Part shown: piece after piece, positions 54,143 through 64,000 of the stretch | Layout of the letters: every line of letters starts with the position of its first letter | How positions within the stretch are numbered: the stretch's first letter is position 1 | DNA from: Dehalococcoidia bacterium | GTDB lineage: Bacteria; Chloroflexota; Dehalococcoidia; Plut-88900 | DNA length: 64,000 bases | NCBI GenBank assembly: GCA_965249275.1 | Contig: CBDFLQ010000005.1 | Coordinates: 256,001-320,000 of the forward strand | Direction of reading: 5' to 3' | Notes under the pieces: model-generated | The model's database searches: none | What the model was told of the DNA's origin: nothing | The model's input: the letters and a program-made list of their open reading frames with translations, nothing else | Program-made: the position numbers and the translations under genes

Positions 54143-54662
54143 CCTTTTCTCCCTTGAGCAAGGCCTCGGCGGCCAGGACTATTGCGCCCAGTTCCACGGG
54201 CAGCGCAGTCAGCGCCTCATCCAGCACTTTTCTGGACTGTCTGGCATACCGCATGGGTTCGTGGAACAAGAGGTTCCCGTCCAGCATAGCCACCTCCTTC
54301 GCCACCCCGACGCCCGGGACGGAATTCCAGAGTCCGGAGAGGGCCTTTTCTCGAAGCGCTTCAGGACTCGCCTTTTGACCATTGCCAAGAACTGCCGAAA
54401 GCATCTCCGCGATGGACGTGTGCGTCACACCCGAATCGGCGAGGCGAAAGGCTTCCCTCAGCGGGCCTGGAGGAATGAACCGTGCCGCAATCCGGGAGCC
54501 GACCAGCCACGCCACTCCTTTACCCAACCCCGAGGCACTGGCGGTCTTGGCAAGGGAGTCGGCCCAGCGTTTGGCCGAGGGGCCTGACAGCACGCCGGCA
54601 TTTTCCGATAGTGCCATCTCGGCCGCCTGACCTATGGCCGCAGCGAGAATACGCATTTCCAT
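54105..54662 (-). CDS. Hypothetical protein
   Basis: Ala/Leu-rich ORF co-oriented with the GNAT gene; start uncertain. Confidence 0.45.
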   Translation of the reverse strand: MEMRILAAAIGQAAEMALSENAGVLSGPSAKRWADSLAKTASASGLGKGVAWLVGSRIAARFIPPGPLREAFRLADSGVTHTSIAEMLSAVLGNGQKASPEALREKALSGLWNSVPGVGVAKEVAMLDGNLLFHEPMRYARQSRKVLDEALTALPVELGAIVLAAEALLKGEKVRTREPQGPRRD

Positions 54663-54696
54663 GCGTTTGCTTATGAGAACTCGGCGAAGGAGCATA

Positions 54697-55326
54697 TCAA
54701 GCGCCTTCCAAGGGTTTTTCCATCCGGTGCATCTCTTCCGCGGTGGTGGCCAACCTTACGAGGAAGCCCCGTTCCGTATGCGTAATCCTGTAACCCAGTC
54801 GCTGGTACAGGTGTATCGCGCCCATGTTTTCGCCTAACACGTCCAGGCACATCTTCAGCTTTCCCCGGGACTTAGCTTTTTCCTCCGCTTTCAGCATCAA
54901 GGCGCTACCGATGCCGAGGTTCCGGAACGTCGGGTCTACCGCTATCGTGTCCACCTTGAATTCGTCGGGGGTTATGGAGTCTCCCCACGCCAGCAGGGTC
55001 AGGTTAAATAGCACACGGACCGTCTTTGGGGGCCAGAACGTAGTAAAGAGTGTCGAAGTCTTGAGCTCATAGAATTTACGTTCCTTTGTCTTAACGGCGA
55101 GAATCCCTGAAAGCCGACCATCCACTATCGCCGTCAGGCAACTGTCCCTGTCAACCGAGTCTCTAAAGAGGCGAACGAAGTCCTCAGCATTTCTGAAACC
55201 GATACGGAACTTCTTGGCGAAGGCTTCGTAAGTGACTCTAAGCGCATCGTCAACGTGTTCCTCCGCGAGCCCGTCTACGATTTCAACTGCCGGGGTCGTC
55301 ATCAGTGCCTGAGTCCCGGCCGACAT
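54697..55326 (-). CDS. GNAT acetyltransferase
   Basis: IAVDPTFRNLGIGSAL, N.GAIHLYQRLGY. Confidence 0.85.
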   Translation of the reverse strand: MSAGTQALMTTPAVEIVDGLAEEHVDDALRVTYEAFAKKFRIGFRNAEDFVRLFRDSVDRDSCLTAIVDGRLSGILAVKTKERKFYELKTSTLFTTFWPPKTVRVLFNLTLLAWGDSITPDEFKVDTIAVDPTFRNLGIGSALMLKAEEKAKSRGKLKMCLDVLGENMGAIHLYQRLGYRITHTERGFLVRLATTAEEMHRMEKPLEGA

Positions 55327-55333
55327 ACACAGC

Positions 55334-56560
55334 CTATGAGCAAATTGTCTCCGCGGTCAGGGCCAGGACCCGGCTGCAGAGTTCCATCTCGTCGATGTCC
55401 GAGTAGTCGTTGCCGTAGGAGCCGCCTGCGGGCCCGTAAATCGGCGCGGGTATGCCTGCAAGCCACAGGTGGGCGTCGTCGTCGCCGTACCTGGCTGAAA
55501 GGGCCGAGGCTGGGAGTCCGACGCCTTTGGGATCGTTACCGGTCACTTTCCGGTAACTGTCGGACACCGCTCGTACAATCTCCTCATCCTCGGACATGTC
55601 CATGGGCGGGTGGTCCAGAATCCAGGTCTTGAACTTCCGCTCGATGGGGTTCACCAACTCGTATTCGAAGTCGGGATCTTCTTCGCGAAGCGCGCTGAGA
55701 GTAGCTTCCAGGTCGGCACGTATGGTGTCCGCGGTCATGCCAGGCACCGTGCTTATGGCGATGAACGCCGTGCACAGGTCACAATTCCGGCTGACGGAAC
55801 GCATGTCGTAGCTTTCGCCCCTCCCACCGATAATCGAGCCGATTTTCAGCCACGGCAGCCCTTCGACAATCCAGGGGGCGTGGTTCAATTTCGTGGCGTA
55901 TATGGCCTCAATGGCCTTCATCATCTTGGGGATTGCGTCCACGCCGGTAACGTCGGCGCCATGGGGGTGTCGGCCCTTCACGTGTAGGGAGAACTTGCTC
56001 ATGCCACCGTGTTTGGTGACCACGTAATGTGCGCTGTATGGTTCCGTGACCACGGCCACGTCGGTCCGATAGCCGTTCTCTATCAGGTACTTGGTACCAA
56101 GGCCACCCTGGAGTTCTGCGAGGACGCAGGCCACCACGACGTCTCCCCGCAGCTTTACGCCTGATTTTATGATGGCGTCGGCGGCGTGGACCATTGAGGC
56201 CACACCGCTCTTCATGTTCCTTATGCCCGCGCCGTAAAGCCTGTTACCTTCGACCCACGGTTCGTACGGGTTCCGGGTCCAGCCTGCGGCAATAGGGTTG
56301 CTGTCCAGGTGGCCGTTGAACATGATGCTGCGTCCCCCACCCGACCCCCGAATTACGCCGACCGTCTGGAACCAGCCGGGCTCCACTTCTTGCAGCTCCA
56401 CCTCGAAGCCTCGGGCCTTCATGTACTCGGCGACCCAGCGGGCTGCTGCGGTCTCTTCCCCAATGGGGCTCGGTATCTTGATCAGGGACTTACCGAGCTC
56501 CACAAGCTCGTTACGGTCGATCTTGCTCAATATGGGGTGGTTCGACGTGTCTTCCGGCAT
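55334..56560 (-). CDS. M20 family metallopeptidase (ArgE/DapE-like)
   Basis: FNGHLD, LYGAG..NMKSG, VTEP. Confidence 0.85.
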   Translation of the reverse strand: MPEDTSNHPILSKIDRNELVELGKSLIKIPSPIGEETAAARWVAEYMKARGFEVELQEVEPGWFQTVGVIRGSGGGRSIMFNGHLDSNPIAAGWTRNPYEPWVEGNRLYGAGIRNMKSGVASMVHAADAIIKSGVKLRGDVVVACVLAELQGGLGTKYLIENGYRTDVAVVTEPYSAHYVVTKHGGMSKFSLHVKGRHPHGADVTGVDAIPKMMKAIEAIYATKLNHAPWIVEGLPWLKIGSIIGGRGESYDMRSVSRNCDLCTAFIAISTVPGMTADTIRADLEATLSALREEDPDFEYELVNPIERKFKTWILDHPPMDMSEDEEIVRAVSDSYRKVTGNDPKGVGLPASALSARYGDDDAHLWLAGIPAPIYGPAGGSYGNDYSDIDEMELCSRVLALTAETICS

Positions 56561-56562
56561 AG

Positions 56563-57786
56563 CTAGATAGCTCCCTCTTTCTCCAGAGCGGCAACTTCAT
56601 TTTCCGAATAGTCCAGGAGGCCCATGAGCACCTCTCGGTTATGTTGACCGAGGGTCGGGGCGGGGGCGAAGGTCTCGTCCTCGGTGTCCGACATCTTGAT
56701 CGGGTTCCCGGCGGCCTTGTATTTGCCGCTCACGGGATGCTCCTGCTCGACGACCATCTCGCGGTGCAGTATCTGCGGGTTGGACAGGGCCTCGGCGAAG
56801 TTGTTGACCTTGGCTGCGGGCACCTGTCCGTCGGCGAGCTCTTGCAGCCATTGCTCCACAGTCTTGGCAGAGAACGCTCTCTGGATGATCTCCTCCAGAG
56901 CCGCTTTGTTCTCATGCCTAAGGTTGGGCGAGGCGAAGCGAGGGTCTTCAGGAAGATCGGAGAATCCGTCCATACGGGAGATGATAACGGCCAGGTTTTC
57001 GTAGAATTTCTGGGTCGGGCAGCTTATTTGGACGTAAGCGCCATCGCTGGTCTGGAAGGCACCGATGGGGACGTTGGTCTCGTGGCTGTTGCCTACGGGA
57101 TTCGGGAGGTTGCCGGAAACCAGGAACAGCTGCCCTACGTGGGCCTGGAGGGCGATCTGGACGTCAAGGAGGCTGATGCTTACCTCCTGTCCTACCCCCT
57201 TCTGCTCCCGGGAGTAGAGGGCAGCGAGAATCCCCTGCACCGCGTATAGGCCGCCGCCCAAATCGCCCATCGGGTATCCCATCAGGGCCGGGGGGCCTCC
57301 CTTGAAGCCCGTGACGCTCATTGCGCCGCCCATGGCCTGGATCATCCCGTCAAAAGCGGGATTATTCTTCAGCGGGCCCGATGTCCCGAAGCCCGATATG
57401 GAACAGTAGATTATCCTCGGGTTTATCTGTTTCAGGGCCTGGTAACCAAAGCCCAGCCTGTCCAGCACCCCGGGCCTGAAGTTTTCGAAGACCACGTCCG
57501 AAACCTTCACTAGGCCGCGGAATACCTCCTGGCCTTTTTCGCTTTTCAGGTTGAGCGTTAGACCCTTCTTGTTGCGGTTCATGCCTAAGAAATAGGCACT
57601 CTCTCCCTCCAGATAGTATGGCGGGAAGCGCCGGCTGGAGTCGCCGACCCCCGGCTGCTCGATCTTCAGGACCTCGGCGCCGAGGTCTCCCAAGATTCGG
57701 GAGCCGAAGGGCCCCGCCAATGCCTGACTCATGTCCAGCACCCTCACTCCGGCGAGGGGCAGGCTGCTACTGCCGTTACTACCCAT
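56563..57786 (-). CDS. CaiB/BaiF family III CoA-transferase
   Basis: LGDLGAEVLKIE, NRNK, ENFRPG, SGFG, APTLGQH. Confidence 0.93.
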   Translation of the reverse strand: MGSNGSSSLPLAGVRVLDMSQALAGPFGSRILGDLGAEVLKIEQPGVGDSSRRFPPYYLEGESAYFLGMNRNKKGLTLNLKSEKGQEVFRGLVKVSDVVFENFRPGVLDRLGFGYQALKQINPRIIYCSISGFGTSGPLKNNPAFDGMIQAMGGAMSVTGFKGGPPALMGYPMGDLGGGLYAVQGILAALYSREQKGVGQEVSISLLDVQIALQAHVGQLFLVSGNLPNPVGNSHETNVPIGAFQTSDGAYVQISCPTQKFYENLAVIISRMDGFSDLPEDPRFASPNLRHENKAALEEIIQRAFSAKTVEQWLQELADGQVPAAKVNNFAEALSNPQILHREMVVEQEHPVSGKYKAAGNPIKMSDTEDETFAPAPTLGQHNREVLMGLLDYSENEVAALEKEGAI

Positions 57787-58573
57787 AGGCTTTTCCTTCC
57801 AGGGCCAGTATGCCCTTGGTCTCTTGCCAAAGCTCTTCCAGCTCTGCGAAACCCATCTTCATGAGGTTGAGCCGACGTTCCCGGCAGAGCTCTTCCATCC
57901 GGGAGAAGCGCCGGATGAACTTCCTGTTTGACTTGCGCAGGGCCGCTTCCATGTCGAGGTCCAGCTTACGGCCCACGTTAACGAGGGTCGAGAGGACGTC
58001 CCCGAACTCCTCTTCTCTGTGCTCGGCCGTCGACGCCTCTTTAAGCTCCGCGATCTCTTCGTCGAGCTTGTCCATTGCGCCGTCCAAGTCGTCCCAGTCG
58101 AAGCCTGCGTTCGCAGCCCTCCGGTGGATCGATTGGCTGTGGGCGAGTGCGGGCATCGCCGATGGAACACCGTCGAGCACCGACTTCCGACCCTTTTCTT
58201 TCAGCTTGTTCGTCTCCCAATTGCTCTCTACCTCCTCGGCGGTAGCAGCTTTGTCATCGCCGAAGACGTGGGGATGCCGACGCACGAGCTTGGCAGTCAG
58301 ACTGGACACTACATCTTCCACGCTGAACAGACCTTTATCCTCGGCAATCCGGGAGTGGAGCATCACCTGGAGCAGGATATCACCAAGCTCTTCCTTGATC
58401 TTGGCCGGATCGTCCTCGTCGAAGGCTTCAAGGGCCTCGTAGCACTCTTCGACGAGGTGTTTGCCAAGAGACTGGTGGGTCTGCTTCCGGTCCCACGGAC
58501 ATCCTCCGGGGGCGCGAAGCTTTGCCACTATCTCAGTCAGGGTATCGAAATTGGACTGGTCTTCGTCGTTCAA
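57779..58573 (-). CDS. mazG: Nucleoside triphosphate pyrophosphohydrolase
   Basis: GGCPWDRKQT, EELGD, RRHPHVF, EEFGD; TTG start after GGAG. Confidence 0.93.
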   Translation of the reverse strand: MNDEDQSNFDTLTEIVAKLRAPGGCPWDRKQTHQSLGKHLVEECYEALEAFDEDDPAKIKEELGDILLQVMLHSRIAEDKGLFSVEDVVSSLTAKLVRRHPHVFGDDKAATAEEVESNWETNKLKEKGRKSVLDGVPSAMPALAHSQSIHRRAANAGFDWDDLDGAMDKLDEEIAELKEASTAEHREEEFGDVLSTLVNVGRKLDLDMEAALRKSNRKFIRRFSRMEELCRERRLNLMKMGFAELEELWQETKGILALEGKAYG

Positions 58574-58753
58574 GGGCGTCCGGCTCCTCTCCCGCCCCGT
58601 AGAGGCGCCGAGGGCGATTATAACGGCCCGCCCCTTTCCTTGACAACAAATTGACCATCTCCCTACCATCCCTTAGATGACCCTACAGGCTCGGCATCTT
58701 GGCCTCGTTGCCCAGGCCTGCAATCGCCACCAGTCCCAAGCAGGAACTTTGTT

Positions 58754-59299
58754 ATGGGCCTACGCCTCAATCGGGAGATTAAAGCATACTGCCCCGACTT
58801 CGTACCGGCCCGGCGAGTTCTCCGGGATTTGGGCGCGGTCTTCATTGAGGCTAAAGACCAGGTGGATTACTTCTACAATCTGCCGGTTAGCAGAAACGCC
58901 GAGGGAAAGCGTCGGCTGAAACTCCGTGTCGAAAACGGAAAGAGACAGCTAATCTATTACTGCGACCGCCAAGAAGGAGGCGCCCGGACCAGCATGTTTC
59001 AGCTGTGGGATATAGATGCCCCCAAAGTAGAGGAAGCATTGGATGCCGTCCTGGGCACCCGTGCTATAGTCCGAAAGCATAGAGAACTATGGCATAAAGA
59101 AAATGTCATCTTCAACTTGGATACGGTGGAGGGGGTGGGGCAAATTCTCGAGGTGGAGGTACAGGACAAGGATGGACACGACATCAACTGCCAAATTGAG
59201 GAGTACGGTCGTCTATTGGGACCTTTCCTAGGTCGCTACATCAACGGATCCAACGAGGACCTCGTAGCTGCGGCGGTACGCTGCCGCACATCTATCTAA
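58754..59299 (+). CDS. CYTH domain protein (class IV adenylate cyclase-like)
   Basis: EIK, QVDYFY, LKLR, VRKHR, LDTVEGVG..LEVE. Confidence 0.8.
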   Translation: MGLRLNREIKAYCPDFVPARRVLRDLGAVFIEAKDQVDYFYNLPVSRNAEGKRRLKLRVENGKRQLIYYCDRQEGGARTSMFQLWDIDAPKVEEALDAVLGTRAIVRKHRELWHKENVIFNLDTVEGVGQILEVEVQDKDGHDINCQIEEYGRLLGPFLGRYINGSNEDLVAAAVRCRTSI

Positions 59300-59338
59300 A
59301 CAAATACACAAATTCCTCGTCTCCTCCCGATACCACCA

Positions 59339-60082
59339 ATGACACCCAACACTCGCGCCATCCATCTTTCCTTCCGATTTGCTGTGGCCCTCGCGGTCGT
59401 AGCCATCCCCGTGCTCCTGGTGACGAGCAGCCTGCGCTTTGCCATCAATGCCGGGGGCCTCTACGAGTACGGTTTCGACCGGTACAACATAAGCCTCCGC
59501 ACTGGAATATCCAATGCCGAACTGTCGCGCATCGGTGAAGAGATTCGAGACTATTTCAACGACGATACCGAGCTAATCGATATCGATGCCATCATCTACG
59601 GAGATGTTCAGCCTCTGTTCACCGAGCGGGAAATCATCCACATGCAGGACGTCAAGGGTTTAATTCACGCCGTATATATGTGGCAGTGGATATCGCTGGG
59701 ATACCTGGCCGCGTGCATGGCCGGTTACGCCTGGTTGAGGCGGAGGGAGGCGATTCCGGGAGCCGTGCGGGTGGGGTTCTGGGGAGGGGTGGTCACGCTG
59801 CTGATTATCGGGGCGTTGGGACTGGGGTCCCTGGTTGGATTTGAGGCCCTCTTCCTCAAGTTCCACCAGCTGAGCTTTGCCAACGACCTGTGGAGGCTGA
59901 ATCCAAGAATCCACAACCTCATCGCCATGTTCCCGGAGCCCTTCTTCCGGGACGCCACTCTTTTCGTCGCGTTGATGGCTATCGGGCAGGCGTTGCTCCT
60001 GGTCTGCGTAGGTATCGGGGACAGGCTCAGCCGTCGATTCTCGATGCAAAGAGAAAGGGCCGCTGGCAGCGGCCCTCAATAA
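59339..60082 (+). CDS. Integral membrane protein, TIGR01906/DUF1461-like
   Basis: REIIHMQDVK, FHQLSF.NDLW, LIAMFPEPFF. Confidence 0.8.
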   Translation: MTPNTRAIHLSFRFAVALAVVAIPVLLVTSSLRFAINAGGLYEYGFDRYNISLRTGISNAELSRIGEEIRDYFNDDTELIDIDAIIYGDVQPLFTEREIIHMQDVKGLIHAVYMWQWISLGYLAACMAGYAWLRRREAIPGAVRVGFWGGVVTLLIIGALGLGSLVGFEALFLKFHQLSFANDLWRLNPRIHNLIAMFPEPFFRDATLFVALMAIGQALLLVCVGIGDRLSRRFSMQRERAAGSGPQ

Positions 60083-60097
60083 TGCGTTTCCGGTTAT

Positions 60098-60331
60098 TTA
60101 GCTTGCGCAACCACATCCAGTGGTAGAGCAGGGGCCTCAGCCCACGCCTGCGCCAGCAAGGGGAGTGACCGAGCCGTCGTTGCTCATCGAGAAGGAAGCG
60201 AACACCGAGAGTACCCTCTGAGCGCCGTTGTTACACGATCGACAGACGGCGGGCTCGTTGGCTTCCCGCATGGGTCTCAGCATCTCGAACTGATGGCCGC
60301 AGTCGGAGCATCGGTATTCGTAGAGGGGCAT
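60098..60331 (-). CDS. FmdB-family zinc-ribbon protein, probable selenoprotein (UGA at 60139-60137)
   Basis: MPLYEYRCSDCG...CRSC; read-through gives G-U-GPCSTTGCGCAS-TAA. Confidence 0.75.
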
Positions 60332-60459
60332 GGTGTTCCTCCGGGATATCTAAGGCCATACTAGTCAGCCGTTTAAGATTCTGTCAAGATTATGGCTCCG
60401 TATCAGCTGCTGGGACGCCTCGAGAATACTTCCCAACCAACGCAAACAACAAGCCAAAA

Positions 60460-60894
60460 ATGCAGAAATCAACCAAGCAACCGTGGATGCCCGCCGACGA
60501 GTATGGGCGCACCCTTCCGCCCCTGTCCTTTAACCTGCTGGTACGGAAATTGTCACGGTCCATTCCCTTTTACGAGAACGTGCTGGGAGCGGAGGTTGTT
60601 TACTGGGACGAGGATTTCGCGGCACTGAGAATCGGCGGGGTCGACTTCATGCTCCATGCCGACCACACCTACGAAGACCACCCGTGGGTCGATCCGCTAG
60701 CTTCGGGGATGATGCGGGGTCTCGGGGCTGAGCTGAGGGCGCTGGGTCTGGATCCCGATGAGGTCGAGGCACGGGCGCGTGGGGCTCGGGCGACTATCGT
60801 GGAGCCGGCAAAGGACAAGCCACACGGGTGGCGGGAGACAATGATCGCGGACCCGGACGGGTACGTATGGGCAGTGGGGGTCAAGATCCCCTAA
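60460..60894 (+). CDS. VOC family protein
   Basis: FYENVLG, KPHGWRE...DPDGYVW. Confidence 0.8.
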   Translation: MQKSTKQPWMPADEYGRTLPPLSFNLLVRKLSRSIPFYENVLGAEVVYWDEDFAALRIGGVDFMLHADHTYEDHPWVDPLASGMMRGLGAELRALGLDPDEVEARARGARATIVEPAKDKPHGWRETMIADPDGYVWAVGVKIP

Positions 60895-60941
60895 TCCTCT
60901 TCGATACGACAATGAGGAACTCCTAGGAAAGCTATCTCCGT

Positions 60942-61682
60942 ATGCCTGCAACGATTTTTGTACGATCTCCGATTGTGTCTGCACGGCCGCCTGTTTTGCT
61001 AGTGCACGGGGCTGCCAACTCGTCATCGGCCTGGAAGTTCTGGCAAAAAGCTCTCGCCCGGCGAGGCTGGAGCAGCTATGCGATAGACCTTCGGGGGCAC
61101 GGTAAGAGCGGTGGCTCGGTGGACGGGGCACTGATGTCGGACTACGTCGCTGATGTCACGGAGGTGGCGAATGAGCTCTCGGTAAAGCCGGTAGTGATGG
61201 GATGGAGTATGGGAGGGCTGGTCGCCTTGATGACCGCCGCGGCGGGTCGGGCGAGGGCGTGTGTAGCTTTATCTCCGACCCCACCGGCTACCGAGCGGGA
61301 CATGAGCGTCGAGATCCGCCGAGGTGTGTACGGCTCAGAGGAGTATGGAATCAGAAGCGCCGACCCAGCCATACAGCCTGCCATGTGCGATCTCGACGAA
61401 GAGGAACGCTCGGTTGCTCTCGGATCCCTATCCCAGGAATCCCGATCGGCGAGGGATGAGCGAAAGGCGGGAGTCGTTATTTCGTCAATGCCCTGCCCTT
61501 TGCTTCTAGTCACGGGGAGCGAAGACCGAGTCTTTCCGCGGTCGGAGTATGCAGAGATGGGTATTGGGGCCGAGCACCTGGAGGCAGAGGGAGCGTCACA
61601 CTGGGGTCTCGTGGTCAACCGGCGCGTGCTGCCGAGTCTGGCAAGAAGTGTGACCGAGTGGTTGAACGGGAAGGTTGGGTAA
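60942..61682 (+). CDS. Alpha/beta hydrolase
   Basis: LVHG, DLRGHG, GWSMGG, SH. Confidence 0.85.
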   Translation: MPATIFVRSPIVSARPPVLLVHGAANSSSAWKFWQKALARRGWSSYAIDLRGHGKSGGSVDGALMSDYVADVTEVANELSVKPVVMGWSMGGLVALMTAAAGRARACVALSPTPPATERDMSVEIRRGVYGSEEYGIRSADPAIQPAMCDLDEEERSVALGSLSQESRSARDERKAGVVISSMPCPLLLVTGSEDRVFPRSEYAEMGIGAEHLEAEGASHWGLVVNRRVLPSLARSVTEWLNGKVG

Positions 61683-61694
61683 GCCGGACCGTTC

Positions 61695-62861
61695 TTAGAC
61701 TCGCGTCTCCGCCCCTAGGCCTTCCAGCAATCCCTTGACCCGGGCCAGGAACCTGATTGCCTGGTCGCCGTCCAGGGCGCGGTGGTCGAAAGATAGGCAG
61801 AGATTCATCATCGAGCGGACGGCGATGGCGTCGTCGCCGATGACGACGGGACGCTTGACTATGGCCTCGGTGGTCATGATGGCGGCCTGGGGCGGGTTGA
61901 TTAGAGGCATACTCAGCACGGACCCCAAAGCTCCCGTATTGTTCACGGTGAAGGTGCCACCCTGCACGTCGGTGGGGCCCAGCTTGTCATCCCGCGCCTT
62001 TTCGATGAGGGAGTTCGCGTCCCGGGTAAGCTCGGCGACAGTTTTCCTGTCGGCGTTCTTGAGCACCGGTACGATCAGTCCCTTGTCTCGGGCGACGGCG
62101 ATGCCGAGGTTGATCTCGTTCTTAAGGACGATTCTGTCGTCCTGCCAGGAAGAGTTGATCTCGGGAGCAGAGCGCAGGGCCGAGGCCACGGCCTGAAGGA
62201 TGAACGGCAGGTAGGTGAGGTTCACACCCTCTCGACTACGGAATTCCTCCTTCAGCCCCTTCACCAGCGCCACGAGTCCAGAGACGTCCACTTCCATCAT
62301 CGTCCATGCGTGGGGTATGTCTCGTGCGCTCTGAGTCATCCTTAGGGCGATGGCTCGTCTCACGGGGTCCAGAGCCCCGCCCGTGGCCGCAGCAGCGACT
62401 TCACTCCCTGCCCCGCGTTTCTCCGCCGCCTGTAGGACGTCGGCCTTGGTGATCCGCCCACCGGCACCCGTGCCTTGCAGAGAGGAAAGGTCAATGCCGT
62501 GTTCGTCGGCGAGTCTGCGCACCAGCGGCGAGTGACGTGCTTGCCGGTCATTCGTACTCTGAGTGGCGTTCTCAGGGGTCGGTGGTAGAGGCGGCGACAC
62601 TGACTTAGGAGCTTCGGATACGACAGTGGCTTCGATGATCGCTATAGGGGTGTCGACGGCAACGGTTTCGCCTTCGGCAACCAGCAATTTGCCCATGAAT
62701 CCGGCAGCCGGGGAGGGCAGTTCAAGGGTGACCTTGTCGGTAACAATCTCGGCTATGGACTCATAGCGCTCGACGGGGTCTCCGGGATGCTTGAGCCACC
62801 GGGCTATGGTGCCCTCGACGATGGTCTCGGCGACCTCGGGCATGGTGACTGTTACGGACAA
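61695..62861 (-). CDS. 2-oxoacid dehydrogenase E2 (dihydrolipoamide acyltransferase)
   Basis: Lipoyl motif TDKV, GTGAGGRITK, FDHRALDG. Confidence 0.93.
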   Translation of the reverse strand: MSVTVTMPEVAETIVEGTIARWLKHPGDPVERYESIAEIVTDKVTLELPSPAAGFMGKLLVAEGETVAVDTPIAIIEATVVSEAPKSVSPPLPPTPENATQSTNDRQARHSPLVRRLADEHGIDLSSLQGTGAGGRITKADVLQAAEKRGAGSEVAAAATGGALDPVRRAIALRMTQSARDIPHAWTMMEVDVSGLVALVKGLKEEFRSREGVNLTYLPFILQAVASALRSAPEINSSWQDDRIVLKNEINLGIAVARDKGLIVPVLKNADRKTVAELTRDANSLIEKARDDKLGPTDVQGGTFTVNNTGALGSVLSMPLINPPQAAIMTTEAIVKRPVVIGDDAIAVRSMMNLCLSFDHRALDGDQAIRFLARVKGLLEGLGAETRV

Positions 62862-62907
62862 CGCGGGTTCCTTTCAGCAGGAAGATCTTGCGGACATGAG
62901 CAGGCGG

Positions 62908-63891
62908 TCAATATGCCGCGAGTTCTCTGAGGGCGGCGGCGATTTTGGCGGGATTGGGCAGGGCGTCGAACTCCATGGTCGGGTGAAAGGGCATTGATGG
63001 AATGTCCGGGGAAGCGACCCTCATCACCGGCCCGTCGAGATATTCGAAGGCCTCCGAGGCGAGTATGGCGGAAAGTTCGGCACCGTAGCCCAGGGTCAGG
63101 TTATCCTCGTAGACAATCAGCGCCTTGCTGGTCTTCTTCACGGAGTCGAGTAACGCACTTTTGTCGAGTGGTGAGAGTGTCCTCAAATCGACGACCTCCA
63201 CGCTCACGCCCTCATCTGCAAGTTCCTCCGCGGCCTCCAGGGAGTAGTGCACCATAAGCCCGTAGGCGAATACGCTTATGTCCGTACCCTCACGCTTTAT
63301 GTCGGCGACGCCGAGAGGCACGGTGTAGTCCTCGTCCGGCACCTCACCTTTGATGAGCCTGTAGGTGCGCTTGTGTTCCAGAAACATCACGGGGTCCGGG
63401 TCCCGGATGCTTGACTTGAGCAGGCCCTTGGCGTCGTAGGGAGTGGACGGGGCTACAACCTTGAGGCCCGGGATGTGAGCGAGCTGCACCTCGATGCTCT
63501 GGGAGTGGTACAGACCACCGTGTATCCCGGCACCGTAGGGTGTTCGCATAACCATCGGCACGGTGAATGCGCCGTCTGAGCGGTAGCGGAACTTGGCAGC
63601 CTCGTTGACGAGCTGGTCGTAGGCAGGGAACATGAAGTCGGCGAACTGTATCTCGGCGACGGGACGCATGCCGTTGACTGCCATGCCTATGGCTATGCCG
63701 ACAATGGCAGTTTCCGCGAGGGGGGTATCTATGATTTGGCGCTCCCCGAAGCGGGCCAAGAACCCCTCCGTAGCCCGGAAGGCCCCACCCATGTTACCAA
63801 CGTCCTCGCCCATGATGACGACACTGTCGTCGCGCTCCAGCTCTTCGGCGAGGGCCTCTTTGATCGCCTCCAGAACCGTCTTTTCCGCCAC
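62908..63891 (-). CDS. 2-oxoacid dehydrogenase E1 beta subunit
   Basis: GEDVG, DTPLAE, EIQFADF, HSQS; GTG start at 63891. Confidence 0.93.
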   Translation of the reverse strand: MAEKTVLEAIKEALAEELERDDSVVIMGEDVGNMGGAFRATEGFLARFGERQIIDTPLAETAIVGIAIGMAVNGMRPVAEIQFADFMFPAYDQLVNEAAKFRYRSDGAFTVPMVMRTPYGAGIHGGLYHSQSIEVQLAHIPGLKVVAPSTPYDAKGLLKSSIRDPDPVMFLEHKRTYRLIKGEVPDEDYTVPLGVADIKREGTDISVFAYGLMVHYSLEAAEELADEGVSVEVVDLRTLSPLDKSALLDSVKKTSKALIVYEDNLTLGYGAELSAILASEAFEYLDGPVMRVASPDIPSMPFHPTMEFDALPNPAKIAAALRELAAY

Positions 63892-63892
63892 G

Positions 63893-64000
63893 CTACACCC
63901 CGTCCGTGGAGTAGATCCGGGTGTACGCGCTAGCAGAGGTGGGATCGGGGCTTGCCTCTGCGGAGTCCACAGCCTCATCCAGTATCGTCATCACTTCTTC
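63893..64000 (-). CDS. E1 alpha subunit, C-terminal fragment
   Basis: ...ILDEAVDSAEASPDP...IYSTDGV* immediately upstream of E1 beta. Confidence 0.7.
   Translation of the reverse strand, partial: EEVMTILDEAVDSAEASPDPTSASAYTRIYSTDGV

Overview
GC-rich bacterial chromosomal window. Gene content (T-box, expanded SDR/LLM/CoA-transferase/amidohydrolase families, dense palindromic repeats) suggests Chloroflexota, Dehalococcoidia/SAR202-like; this is inference. Contents in order: split transketolase; orphan ABC substrate-binding lipoprotein; a Trp T-box leader ahead of trpE-[5 tandem SDRs]-trpG-D-C-F-B with no trpA; higBA; uvrA; a DUF262/HNH (GmrSD-like) gene; leuS; leuC-hicB-leuD followed by four tandem CoA-transferase paralogs; IscA/YgfZ; a DUF1445/DUF4392 pair; an AbfD/HpaB-family flavoprotein; mazG; and the end of a 2-oxoacid dehydrogenase operon. 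The most unusual signal is a three-copy family of 0.6-1 kb apparently non-coding, hairpin-rich elements (about 15.0-16.1, 19.8-20.4 and 31.0-31.7 kb). Each has the same minus-strand promoter architecture with a LexA-like box and a conserved long-range closing helix, so it is a candidate undescribed large structured RNA family. Second is a probable FmdB-family selenoprotein (in-frame UGA plus SECIS-like hairpin) at 60.1-60.3 kb. All calls come from motif recognition by eye; no database searches or folding programs were run.
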